64,000 nucleotides of DNA from a virus. The stretch is from positions 1 to 64,000 of the IMG/VR virus record IMGVR_UViG_3300017716_002931. One strand, written 5' to 3'. A program made the translations under genes and the position numbers. The notes under the pieces are model-generated. The model did no database searches. It was not told the DNA's origin and worked only from the letters and a program-made list of their open reading frames with translations. Below, one piece after another: positions 28,674 through 38,222 of this stretch; the stretch's first letter is position 1; every line of letters begins with the position of its first letter.

Positions 28674-30030
28674 AATTTTTCAGAAAGTGTTCCAAGTCTT
28701 CCGGAGTTCCAAGTCCCCACATCTTTTCAATGTTAAACGTACTAATCTTCTTGCCATCACCAATAGCTTCATTGAACACAGGTGCAACATAAAATTCATT
28801 GTTCACTCTAATGTTTTTTTCAATCATCTGTTCGGCATACTTTACGTAATCGCTTCCACGCCTCCAATAGTATATGCCTGCGGTTGCCACGTCACTTATA
28901 GGACGTTTTTCTGCTACTTCTGTCACATGACCCATTTCATTCAATTTGACAAAACTCCATTTTGGGTGAGTTGCTTTGAATGTAAGTATGTTCGCGTCAA
29001 TATTACTAGTAGAACAGCTATACATATACTCATCACTATTCCATTCTAAAAATTGATCACTGTTAGCTATAATCAACGGTTCGTTGTTGTCAACATATTG
29101 TTTTGCTAGAAGCGTTGTGCATGCAGCTCCTTCTGTGATTCCATCGATCTGTATAATTTCACTATTCGGACAAAAATTAGATAGTGTGTCTTTGAGATTA
29201 TACTTTTCAAAATGACTCTTCTGTACTATGAAGATGTATTTGGCTTCAATATTTAAATTGTCAACGACCCATTGAATCATTGGCTTTCCACGGACCTCAA
29301 TCAGAGGTTTTGGAAACGTGTATCCTGCTTTTTCAAATCTACTACCTGCGCCTGCTATTGGTATTAAAACATTCATTTTTCCTCCTTGCCATTTGGGCTT
29401 TTTGTAATTCATATTGATGCTGTTTACATAGTTTATTATGTTTTCATAAACTACTTCTTTTGGATTATTTATTCCATATAGATATCCTCCACTTTCATTC
29501 GCGGAGTGTCTTCCTATCACACTATCTTCAATAATCATCGTTTCTTTCGGTGATACTCCTGCTTCGATCATCGATTTAAGATAGATTTCCGGATTTGGTT
29601 TTGGGTTTTTTACATCTTGATTTGATAAAAAGAAATCAACATACTCAAGAAATCCCAACCTTAACAAAGTTATTTTTACAGTATCTCTAATACTATTACT
29701 TGCAACCGAAACAATGTACTTGTCTTTTTTAAGTCTACTAAGAATTTCAGATATTCTGTAATCTGTTTTTAACTCTTTCAACAATTCAAAAGTGTAATGT
29801 TGTTTGTCTTCCCAAATTTTGTCGTAGTATTCAGATGATAAACCTTTTTCCTTGGTAAGCAATTTTAGCTTTTTGCGGGTACTCATACCATCATACTTGG
29901 AAAGATGTTCTTTTTCTGTTATAACATACTTTGGGTCTACAGATATCAACGCTCGATTTAATGCGTGAAAATGTAATTCTTTGGTTTCCACCAACACCCC
30001 GTCAAGATCAAATACTATTAGTTTAATCAT
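28660..30030 (-). CDS. HAD phosphatase fused to sugar-phosphate nucleotidyltransferase
   Basis: FDLDGVL, KPNP, IIEDS; then IPIAGAGSRF..AGY..PKPLI, ANSDQ, EK, GLGTPEDL. Confidence 0.9.
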   Translation of the reverse strand: MIKLIVFDLDGVLVETKELHFHALNRALISVDPKYVITEKEHLSKYDGMSTRKKLKLLTKEKGLSSEYYDKIWEDKQHYTFELLKELKTDYRISEILSRLKKDKYIVSVASNSIRDTVKITLLRLGFLEYVDFFLSNQDVKNPKPNPEIYLKSMIEAGVSPKETMIIEDSVIGRHSANESGGYLYGINNPKEVVYENIINYVNSINMNYKKPKWQGGKMNVLIPIAGAGSRFEKAGYTFPKPLIEVRGKPMIQWVVDNLNIEAKYIFIVQKSHFEKYNLKDTLSNFCPNSEIIQIDGITEGAACTTLLAKQYVDNNEPLIIANSDQFLEWNSDEYMYSCSTSNIDANILTFKATHPKWSFVKLNEMGHVTEVAEKRPISDVATAGIYYWRRGSDYVKYAEQMIEKNIRVNNEFYVAPVFNEAIGDGKKISTFNIEKMWGLGTPEDLEHFLKNYEKH

Positions 30031-30057
30031 AAATGTAGTCTACACTGAAATTCACAA

Positions 30058-30870
30058 TCACCACGTATTTTTTACTGGATCAAACGTATCGAACATATAT
30101 GCAAAATATTCCCAAGCACCGTCTGGTCTTGAAAATTTAAGTGTAGAATTTGGTTTAACTGTTTTTATGCCAAGTCGTTCAAATTCCTTTTGCAGAATTA
30201 TGTGCACTATAGCAGACTCGTATTTAGTTGTTAACTCAACTATGTTTTGATATAATCCACAATATACCCTAAACACATCCTTTTTGGCAAGACAAAAATT
30301 ATCATCAACCCATCCATTTGCACAACCATATAGGTATCCACCTGAAACTACTTCATCTACACGTACATTTCTTCTCTGACCATCTATAAAATGAACAATT
30401 TGATCCACATGTGTCACAATTGTTTTATCGTTGATTTGGTCAATGAGAGATAAATCTATAGGCCGGGATAGTGATACATCAGGTCGATTTCGAATGTACA
30501 AATCGTAATTTCCATTTTTTTCTTCGTACAATTCCATAATTTTGAATGCACGATTTATTTTGTACATCCAATAAATTTGATTATCAGGATTTTGTTCTCC
30601 CAACCCATATTGTTTTGCAAGTCGAGAATATTCTTTGATTGGTTCCATAACCGCAGAGGTATACGGTGTAAAATTCTCTACATCCACAACTCTCAAATAA
30701 GGACTGTATACCTCCATCAAAAGTTTGTTTGATGGTCCATCCCATATGGACGCAAATATATCAACGCTATGTCCAGCGTGAATTTAAGGTCGCATCAACG
30801 TATTTATATTTGTTTGATACGCAGATTCAAAATTATCAGTTCTGCCGGATAACAATATAGCAATTTTCAT
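30058..30870 (-). pseudogene. Putative glycosyltransferase with an in-frame TAA at codon 29 (30784-30786)
   Basis: MKIAILLSGR...MRP*IHAGHSVDIFASIWD continues in frame into the 220-aa track ORF (YDLYIRNRPD). Confidence 0.75.
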
Positions 30871-30899
30871 ACTTCAATAACTTTTTTCGTCATAATTTA

Positions 30900-31165
30900 T
30901 TATATGTAAAGAGTTGGATGTTTACGAAAAAATTCACCGTAATGAGAACTAAATATTTTTATATAGGAATTCATATCATTAACGTTGTTATTTGACCTCA
31001 CATCGATAAATGAGCGACATTATATGGTCCTTGAATTATAAACGTGAAATCACTCATTGATTGTACTTGTTTAACTGAATCAGGTTGAACTTCTTTTACA
31101 GGATACGTCGTTATATTCCATGATCTTGCTGTAATCTTTTTGTTTACATCTAATTTAACTATCAT
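30900..31165 (-). pseudogene. Internally deleted WavE-like gene remnant
   Basis: 55-aa ORF ending DFTFIIQGPYNVAHLSM*; an out-of-frame open tail FIDVRSNN...HPTLYI* follows. Confidence 0.55.
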
Positions 31166-31198
31166 GTCTTTTTTATAACAATTTACGTTTCGTAAAAA

Positions 31199-33865
31199 TT
31201 AGAAATCAAAAAACTCTGATGCAGCAGCGGTGTTTTCACTTGGATAATCCCACTTCAAAACGTTATAGAAATCAATTAATTTGCTCTTCAATTCATGTTC
31301 ATACAACGCGTCTCTGTCAATGTATTTCTCAATAAACTGTAGAATCTTATCTGGATCCGTTCCGTCCGCTTTCAAAGCAATACATTCAATTCCATACTCG
31401 TTTCGTTTTACATAAACCCACTTGATCTTTTGTCCGTGGAAAATTGGAGGAATAATCTTGGTAAGATCGAACTGATCCAACAAGTCATTGTAACCTAACG
31501 CTGCCTTTACTTGTGCAGGTGCTCCTCCAATCATTTGAAACGGTTGACGCTTCTTTGGATTATAGTCTTTCTTTTTGTCTCCACTATGAAACTTGACACT
31601 GGTGTTCTTTGCAATATCAACCACACTCAAATCTTTCATGGATGCTTTAAAATCCAAAATGTTCTTGTCAATCACCGTCCTATCAACCTTCTTTAGGATA
31701 TCAATCAAAAATGATCCCATGAACGTTCTGAACTTGGCAGGAAACGATGTTCTAACCACGTCGATTCCTTTGACTTCTAATTCATCACATACAAGTCCGC
31801 CCTTGTTGATGATTAACTGACAATAACGTTTCTTAGCAAGCCAAAAACTTGTCTTAGCAATAACTTCCTGTTTTGCATCAAAACGATGTCGTTCAACATT
31901 AAACATTCGTTTTGCCATGATTGTGAACATTGTGTTCACATACGACTGAGTTTCACCACATACTTTCAAAATAGCCTCGGTCATCTTCTTTTCATCGTTG
32001 GTATCAAGATCAGGCATAGTCTTCTGAATGATAGGCAATGCACTAGCAAAACACGAATCGGTGTCCACATAGATAACATAGTCTGTGTTAACGCCATCTT
32101 TTATTACCGACTTATAATACTGATTGACCGATTTACTCGCAGTTTTAATGATATCAACACCCGTCAAAGTAACCGCCTCTGCATTGTCCTTATCATAGAA
32201 TCGAAACACCGGAAGACCCAAACATCCATAAATGGAGTTGAGCAAAATCTTCTGCACTTTCTGACGTTGATCAAAAAACTCGTACTTTTCAATGTCTCCT
32301 TCTGCATGATACTTGGTTGCCAACTTACGCATTTCTTTACGTTCATTGAACCACTTGATAAGAATACTTGGAATTGTACCCTCTTTACCATCTTCACTTG
32401 AAAGTCTGTAAATAGCGCCATTGCTTGCTATACTCATATTAGAATCAATCAATAGACTCGACAACTCTTTGTGTGTATAAGCAGTGGAACCGACAAAATA
32501 CTTGTTGACTTTTCCTTGAGAAAACATACGAGCGTTGTAACTATACAAACGTTGATCAATGTATTGTTCCAATGAAGTGTCTTTTTTAGCTGAATCGCTC
32601 AAATTGTTGTGACTTTCAGTGAGTTCCAATTTTCTTTCGTCAATGTAACAGTCATCATATTCAATACGACCAATAACACCTACTTTAGTCTCAGGAGAAA
32701 TGTTAAGTGAGATGATGATATTTGGATACATCGATGTAAGATCCAAATCGTACACCCACTCGTAACGGCCAGGAATAGGATCTTTAACGTATGCTCCCTC
32801 AAATCCTTCTTCATTGTCTTCCAATCTTTGTTCATATTCCTCACGTCCTTCAATAGGTTTATTTGGAGCAACACGTCCGTGTCTACGCAAATACATTAGA
32901 ATTGCGCCTTCAAGATATCTAGATGAAGTTCCAAACTGTTCATAACCAACATGTCCCGTATGACAAATACGTCGGGCCAAATCAATAAACTGAACTTTCT
33001 TGTCAATGGCAACAACAATCTTAACGTCATTCAAGTTGTAGTCAATATACTTCTGAATGTCTTCTTTATATAGATCATTCAAACTACCTCTGTAGCTAAT
33101 CTTTTCCATCTTGACTACTTTTTTACCAATAGCACCAAGAGCGTAACTCGGTTCATTCTTTCCACTGAACTTCTGATACAGTGTCAAATAGTCCATGCTC
33201 GATACACCGGCAATTACTATTCTTTTAGAGAATGTGTTATAGTAACATTCTTGAATCGGACTCAATCTCTTGGCAAATGAACTACCCATCACTCGCTTGA
33301 TTCGATTGTACAAATAAGGAATGTCGAAGCCATCAACATTCCACCCCGTGATGATGGTTGGTTGAATCTCTTCCCACTTGGTCATGAAATGTCCAATTAG
33401 AGTTTCTTCATCTTGAAAACTCAAAATTACCGTCTCTTCCGTCTCAGAGTCTTGAAGCTTGCCTTCTTTGTCTAGAATATATGCCAAATACTTCTTTGAG
33501 ATATTGTCATACAAAGCAATAGCAGTGATTTCCTTGTCACCCTCTTCGATATTTGGAAATCCTCCTTCGGTACTTACCTCAATGTCAAAAAACAATATAC
33601 GATGTCCTTTAGACGGTTCATCGCTATCTTCATAAGCATCAATCAACACGCGAGTTTCAGTGGGAACATCTCCTTCAAAAATACTCGGATCATTACGATT
33701 GAAAAATGTTACCTTTTCCAATTCATCACCCCAAACCGAACGATATCGTCCACCAGCCTTCTTACGATACGCATACTTTGGCATCTTAAATTGAAGATAC
33801 CCCTTTTCATCATCCCATAGGTGGACGATTTCATTCTTTTTGTCGATATAAATGTTTTGATACAT
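31199..33865 (-). CDS. polB: Family B DNA polymerase (gp43-like)
   Basis: Exonuclease FFDIE, GWN...FDIPYL, YNLND; polymerase DLTSMYP, KILLNSIYG, YVDTDS, KKRY. Confidence 0.97.
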   Translation of the reverse strand: MYQNIYIDKKNEIVHLWDDEKGYLQFKMPKYAYRKKAGGRYRSVWGDELEKVTFFNRNDPSIFEGDVPTETRVLIDAYEDSDEPSKGHRILFFDIEVSTEGGFPNIEEGDKEITAIALYDNISKKYLAYILDKEGKLQDSETEETVILSFQDEETLIGHFMTKWEEIQPTIITGWNVDGFDIPYLYNRIKRVMGSSFAKRLSPIQECYYNTFSKRIVIAGVSSMDYLTLYQKFSGKNEPSYALGAIGKKVVKMEKISYRGSLNDLYKEDIQKYIDYNLNDVKIVVAIDKKVQFIDLARRICHTGHVGYEQFGTSSRYLEGAILMYLRRHGRVAPNKPIEGREEYEQRLEDNEEGFEGAYVKDPIPGRYEWVYDLDLTSMYPNIIISLNISPETKVGVIGRIEYDDCYIDERKLELTESHNNLSDSAKKDTSLEQYIDQRLYSYNARMFSQGKVNKYFVGSTAYTHKELSSLLIDSNMSIASNGAIYRLSSEDGKEGTIPSILIKWFNERKEMRKLATKYHAEGDIEKYEFFDQRQKVQKILLNSIYGCLGLPVFRFYDKDNAEAVTLTGVDIIKTASKSVNQYYKSVIKDGVNTDYVIYVDTDSCFASALPIIQKTMPDLDTNDEKKMTEAILKVCGETQSYVNTMFTIMAKRMFNVERHRFDAKQEVIAKTSFWLAKKRYCQLIINKGGLVCDELEVKGIDVVRTSFPAKFRTFMGSFLIDILKKVDRTVIDKNILDFKASMKDLSVVDIAKNTSVKFHSGDKKKDYNPKKRQPFQMIGGAPAQVKAALGYNDLLDQFDLTKIIPPIFHGQKIKWVYVKRNEYGIECIALKADGTDPDKILQFIEKYIDRDALYEHELKSKLIDFYNVLKWDYPSENTAAASEFFDF

Positions 33866-33870
33866 AACTT

Positions 33871-34098
33871 TTAATTCATACCCATCTTGGATTTCAATCC
33901 ATCATAAATGGGTCTATGTTCTTCTTTGATCAACGATTCTGCTGTTGATACACGATCCATCAACCGTTGTTTATTGATTGATGGGAACAGTGGCGGATCC
34001 AATTCAACCGTGGAAAGTATAGGATTAACCTTGTTGATGACATACCACAACATTGCGGTTTCATCTTCATTTAAAGAATGTAGCTGTTCTAACGTCAT
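33871..34098 (-). CDS. Hypothetical protein
   Basis: 75 aa; first gene of the polymerase operon. Confidence 0.65.
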   Translation of the reverse strand: MTLEQLHSLNEDETAMLWYVINKVNPILSTVELDPPLFPSINKQRLMDRVSTAESLIKEEHRPIYDGLKSKMGMN

Positions 34099-34104
34099 TC
34101 TATC

Positions 34105-34133
34105 AGGCTAGTCCACACCGTATCACTTGTCAA
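34105..34133 (-). promoter_or_regulatory. Sigma70-type promoter, probably leaderless
   Basis: TTGACA-17 nt-TAGCCT, then 6 nt to ATG 34098. Confidence 0.65.
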
Positions 34134-34888
34134 TTTATTCTAACTCCCATGACTGTTTTATCCACCACAATAAATCTAAATTGAATGGCAGATTCCTCGA
34201 TTGAGTTCACACCCAATAGATAGGATTCAGCATCCGCATTTGCTGTTTCTTTTATTGTGAAAATATTACCTCTCTTGAATGAGGTATCTACGCCACGACC
34301 TTGAAACTTAGGAGCGGGAACAATGACGGCGGTGTGTTTGGCCTTCACAGTTTCCTTTTTCTTAGAAGAATTGTCCAAAACCAATACTGATCCATCCAGA
34401 ACAACAATCACCGTTGTGCGGTCATCTGCGCTTATTACGTACTTGCCTTTAGTGAGCATCACAGAAACCAATGTGGTGTTGATAGTAGCCAAAGCGTCGG
34501 CACCATCTTTTTGTTGAGATACTACCTCCAATTCACCTTCAATCAAAGACAGAGAACTTACATATGATGAATATTGAACTTTTGCTGGCAGACTATCAAT
34601 GTTGGATATGGTTTGATCGAAATTATCAAAAGTCAAATGTGTGGATTCTTTTGCTTTGATATATATGTCATTTGAAAGAAACACGGTCACCTCTGAGTTT
34701 GTTCCAGTTTTAACCGCATAGTTTTGTTTGTTTATTGAATATGTCTGTCCTACCGTTGGGGCATTGGTTGACAAAACATTGTTTACGACGTTCTCAAGAG
34801 AAACGGTTCCGTTTTGTTTTTCTACAAAAAACACTCCCTGTGCCATGATGTTGAGAGTGAAAAGAAATGTAAGTATTATGGTTTTCAT
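34130..34888 (-). CDS. Secreted FecR-like beta-domain protein (start re-called to 34888)
   Basis: Signal peptide MKTIILTFLFTLNIMA-Q; VKTG.NS..., LSLIEG, T.IVVLDGSV.V. Confidence 0.65.
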   Translation of the reverse strand: MKTIILTFLFTLNIMAQGVFFVEKQNGTVSLENVVNNVLSTNAPTVGQTYSINKQNYAVKTGTNSEVTVFLSNDIYIKAKESTHLTFDNFDQTISNIDSLPAKVQYSSYVSSLSLIEGELEVVSQQKDGADALATINTTLVSVMLTKGKYVISADDRTTVIVVLDGSVLVLDNSSKKKETVKAKHTAVIVPAPKFQGRGVDTSFKRGNIFTIKETANADAESYLLGVNSIEESAIQFRFIVVDKTVMGVRIN

Positions 34889-34901
34889 TGGATATAAGTA
34901 G

Positions 34902-34930
34902 TAGACTTTACGATTTGACTGTGGTACAGT
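34902..34930 (+). promoter_or_regulatory. Sigma70-type promoter, probably leaderless
   Basis: TAGACT-17 nt-TACAGT, then 6 nt to ATG 34937. Confidence 0.6.
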
Positions 34931-34936
34931 ATAAAT

Positions 34937-35833
34937 ATGTCTGATAAAATAGAAGAAAAAAACAAAAAGCGGGTCAGTTTTTCCCAATATTCTGGTTGGT
35001 TCAAATGCCCACATAGTTGGTACTTGAACTATTTGAAAGGTTTGCGTGTTTACGAAGCTAGTTTAAACACCTGTTTCGGTACAGCCATACACAACACACT
35101 TCAGAATTATATCAAAACCCTTTACACCGAGGGCGTTGAGAAAGCTGATGAAATCAATCTAAACGCTGAATTCCGTGTGGATTTCAAGAAAATTCTAGAT
35201 GAAAACAAAGAGATCCTTCAATACACAGAAGATGAATTCAAAGAGTTTTCTTTCGACGGAGAAGATATTCTTAACACGTTCATGAGTTCTGCCAATAGAC
35301 TCAAACATTTTCCGAGTCGCAAATACGAATTCATTGGAGTTGAAGTTCCCATCGAACTTACAATCAAGAACAACATTGATTTCATTGCATACGTTGATCT
35401 TATTCTGAAAGATAAGACAACCGGTCGATACAAGATTTGGGATTTCAAGACCAGTTCCAGTGGATGGAATAGTTACATGAAAGAAGATGAGAGCAAGTAT
35501 TCTCAGTTGCTTTTGTACAAGGCATTTTATTCAAAGAAGTTTGAAGTTCCGCTTGATAAGATTGATGTCGAGTTTTACATCCTCAAGCGAAAACTGTTTG
35601 AGAACAGCAATTTTCCACAAAACCGCATTCAAATTTTTGAACCGTCTCATGGAAAACAGTTCATTTCTAAATCAGTTGTGAACTTCACTCAGTTTATCGA
35701 TGAGTGTTTTACAAAAGAAGGTCAATACAATGAAACTGGAAGTTATCCGAAAGTTCCAGGCAAAAACAAAAAACATTGTAAGTATTGCAGTCACTACAAA
35801 AAGAATTGTGATGCGAAGGCAGATAAAGACTAA
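34937..35833 (+). CDS. PD-(D/E)XK nuclease, Cas4/AddB-like
   Basis: SFSQ..W..CP, FGTAIH, E...YVD...IWDFKT, QL..Y; C-terminal CKYC..Y...C. Confidence 0.9.
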   Translation: MSDKIEEKNKKRVSFSQYSGWFKCPHSWYLNYLKGLRVYEASLNTCFGTAIHNTLQNYIKTLYTEGVEKADEINLNAEFRVDFKKILDENKEILQYTEDEFKEFSFDGEDILNTFMSSANRLKHFPSRKYEFIGVEVPIELTIKNNIDFIAYVDLILKDKTTGRYKIWDFKTSSSGWNSYMKEDESKYSQLLLYKAFYSKKFEVPLDKIDVEFYILKRKLFENSNFPQNRIQIFEPSHGKQFISKSVVNFTQFIDECFTKEGQYNETGSYPKVPGKNKKHCKYCSHYKKNCDAKADKD

Positions 35834-35852
35834 TTAAAAAAACCAAACATCG

Positions 35853-35866
35853 TATATGCGCATATA
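35853..35866. promoter_or_regulatory. Perfect 14-bp palindrome, candidate operator
   Basis: TATATGCGCATATA immediately upstream of an RHH-like gene. Confidence 0.45.
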
Positions 35867-35869
35867 TGT

Positions 35870-36115
35870 ATGATGAACGTTATGTCATCAAAAGCATTTA
35901 CTAGTGTTAAGGTCGATAAAGAGGCCTACGAACAATTCAAACAACTATCTCAAGTTAAGAAGTTCCATCTACAAGACTTGGTAAACAGATCATTGCATTT
36001 GTTTACCAAGGATTCTTTATTTAGAGATCAAATCTACAACTATCAGGTGCCGGTACTGTCTGAAGAAAGTCAGGCAACTATTCTACCGTCAACTACAACC
36101 GAACAGTCTTCGTAA
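35870..36115 (+). CDS. Ribbon-helix-helix-like small DNA-binding protein
   Basis: TSVKVD beta strand followed by two helices (YEQFKQLS, LQDLVNRSLHLF). Confidence 0.55.
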   Translation: MMNVMSSKAFTSVKVDKEAYEQFKQLSQVKKFHLQDLVNRSLHLFTKDSLFRDQIYNYQVPVLSEESQATILPSTTTEQSS

Positions 36116-36117
36116 TT

Positions 36118-36660
36118 ATGGCAAAGAAAAAGATACTACTATTAAGCGACGATCTTAGAATGCACAGCGGTGTATCAACCATGTCAAGGGAACTTATAAT
36201 GGGGTCAGTACATCATTATGATTGGGTTCAAATTGGTGGTGCAAGAGAACACCCAGATGCAGGAAAAGTATTTGATCTCAACGATCAGGCCAGAAAACAA
36301 ACAGGTGTGCAAGACGCATACGTGATGGTTTATGCAACAAAGGGTTATGGTAGCGAAGATTTATTGTTTTCAGTCATGGCCAAAGAAAAGCCCGATGCAA
36401 TCATGCACTTCACCGATCCAAGATATTGGAGGTGGTTGTATGCTCTCGAACGGGAAATCAGAAAGAAGACTCCCATCACATATTTAAACATTTGGGACGA
36501 TCTTCCATATCCAATGTGGAACAAACCGTTTTATCAAAGTTGTGACTCATTGTTTAGTATCAGCAAACAGACCTACAACATCAACAAGTGGGTTCTCGGA
36601 CCAGAAAATTGTACCACCGTTAATGGAGATCTCGATAAAGAAGGAAATCTATGTCAGTAA
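36118..36660 (+). CDS. GT4 glycosyltransferase, N-terminal half
   Basis: KILLLSDD....SGV, KPDAIMHFTDPR, YLNIWD. Confidence 0.8.
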   Translation: MAKKKILLLSDDLRMHSGVSTMSRELIMGSVHHYDWVQIGGAREHPDAGKVFDLNDQARKQTGVQDAYVMVYATKGYGSEDLLFSVMAKEKPDAIMHFTDPRYWRWLYALEREIRKKTPITYLNIWDDLPYPMWNKPFYQSCDSLFSISKQTYNINKWVLGPENCTTVNGDLDKEGNLCQ

Positions 36661-37634
36661 AAGGAAAAACACTATTACATTACGTACCACACGGAATCAA
36701 CGAAAACGTATTTAAACCTCTACCAGAGAATGACAAAGCGTTGAGTGAGGGTAAGAAACGTTTCTATAATGGAAAGACATATGATTATGCTGTGTTTTTC
36801 AATAGTAGAAACACAAAACGAAAACAAGTATCAAACCTGATTCTCGCATTTAAACTATTCTGTGATAGTTTACCAAAAGCAAAATCAGAACGATGCTGTT
36901 TGATTTTGCATACAGAAATCATTGGTCAACACGGTCATGGTACAGATTTGCTTGCAGTTAAAGAAGCAATTTGTAGAGATTATGCGGTGTATTTTTCCCA
37001 AAAGAAAATCACTCCAGATGAAATGAATCTCATGTACAATTTGGCAGATGTTACCATTAGTATTTCTAGCAATGAAGGATTTGGACTTAGTATTGCTGAA
37101 TCTATCATGGCTGGTACTCCTGTTATTACAAATGTTACGGGTGGTCTTCAAGATCAAATCGGTCAACTAAATGACGAAGGAACCCCCGTGGAATTTACCC
37201 GTGAGTTTGGTTCTAACAACTGTGGTAGATACAAAACGCATGGTGTGTGGGCAAAACCTGTTTGGCCTTCGGCAATCGACATGCATGGAAGTGTTGAAAC
37301 TCCATATATTTTTGACGATATGTTATACACATCAGATGTTGCTGACGCACTCATGTATTGGTATCTCGCGGGCTCTGAAACCCGTGAGAAGTGTGGGGTT
37401 GAAGGACGCAGATGGGCACTAAATGAAGGTGGATTGAATGCACGTAACATGTGTGATCAATTGATCAAAGCAATGGACTTTACCATTGAAAACTTTGTTC
37501 CTGTATCTTCGTTCAGTATTCATAATACCGATGAGTATGTAAACCAAGTACAGCCAGAAAATCAAATTGGAGTGCCGTTCCGACCTGTGGATATCAACAA
37601 AATTCAAGAAGAGGTAAATAAGAAATTAGTATGA
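36651..37634 (+). CDS. GT4 glycosyltransferase, C-terminal half
   Basis: YVPHGIN...F.P, RN..RK, SSNEGFGLSIAESIMAGTPVI...TGG. Confidence 0.85.
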   Translation: MSVKGKTLLHYVPHGINENVFKPLPENDKALSEGKKRFYNGKTYDYAVFFNSRNTKRKQVSNLILAFKLFCDSLPKAKSERCCLILHTEIIGQHGHGTDLLAVKEAICRDYAVYFSQKKITPDEMNLMYNLADVTISISSNEGFGLSIAESIMAGTPVITNVTGGLQDQIGQLNDEGTPVEFTREFGSNNCGRYKTHGVWAKPVWPSAIDMHGSVETPYIFDDMLYTSDVADALMYWYLAGSETREKCGVEGRRWALNEGGLNARNMCDQLIKAMDFTIENFVPVSSFSIHNTDEYVNQVQPENQIGVPFRPVDINKIQEEVNKKLV

Positions 37635-38221
37635 ACATCAAAAAATTATCTGAAAAAGCAGTGATTCCGACCAAAGGCAGTTCTGGTGCTGCTGGTTATG
37701 ACTTGTACACCACGGAGTCATACGAATTAAAGCCCGGCGAACGTAAAGCATTCAAAACAGATGTTGCAATTGCAATTCCCGAGGGATTCTACGGTAGAGT
37801 TGCTCCACGCAGTGGACTTGCTGTAAAACATGGAATAGACGTACTAGCCGGTGTCATTGACAGTGATTATCGTGGAGAGATTCTGGTAGCACTTATCAAC
37901 CTAAGTGATACTCCAATCTTACTTCCTATAATTAAAGATGGCAAGGAAACAGCTGTCGCACAAATCATATTTGAATCGTGTGCAACAGTCGTCAACGGAT
38001 TCAGTGTAGTTGATGATTTAACTGATACACAACGTGGTACGGATGGATTTGGAAGCAGCGACAACAAAAAGGTTGTTGATAACGCTGTTCCGTCAAACAA
38101 TTCCAATCCTTCACGTAAAACTATTGAAGATCTACTCAAACAAAAAGAAGTAGAATTTCAGGTGGGTCAAAAATATTCAGAAGCAATTCGTGATAGAGAC
38201 AATAAACTTTTCAACAAATAA
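37631..38221 (+). CDS. dut: Trimeric dUTPase with C-terminal extension
   Basis: AGYDL, PRSGLA, GVIDSDYRGE, AQ, RGTDGFGSS. Confidence 0.95.
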   Translation: MNIKKLSEKAVIPTKGSSGAAGYDLYTTESYELKPGERKAFKTDVAIAIPEGFYGRVAPRSGLAVKHGIDVLAGVIDSDYRGEILVALINLSDTPILLPIIKDGKETAVAQIIFESCATVVNGFSVVDDLTDTQRGTDGFGSSDNKKVVDNAVPSNNSNPSRKTIEDLLKQKEVEFQVGQKYSEAIRDRDNKLFNK

Positions 38222-38222
38222 T

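Noticed and set aside
30784-30786. Stop-codon reassignment or readthrough code
   Set aside because: TAA, TGA and TAG all end genes at tight junctions in this window and long genes are intact in code 11; one isolated TAA is better explained as a mutation or error
31886-32401. Long antisense ORFs in the track (e.g. 31886-32401, 52443-52946, 62498-62983, 58684-59109)
   Set aside because: Shadow frames of motif-supported genes on the opposite strand; no recognisable protein features
32520-32680. Intein in the DNA polymerase
   Set aside because: The insertion after motif A is only about 40 aa and has no C...HN splice motifs
34937-35833. CRISPR-Cas locus
   Set aside because: Only a solo Cas4-like nuclease; no repeat-spacer array or other cas genes seen
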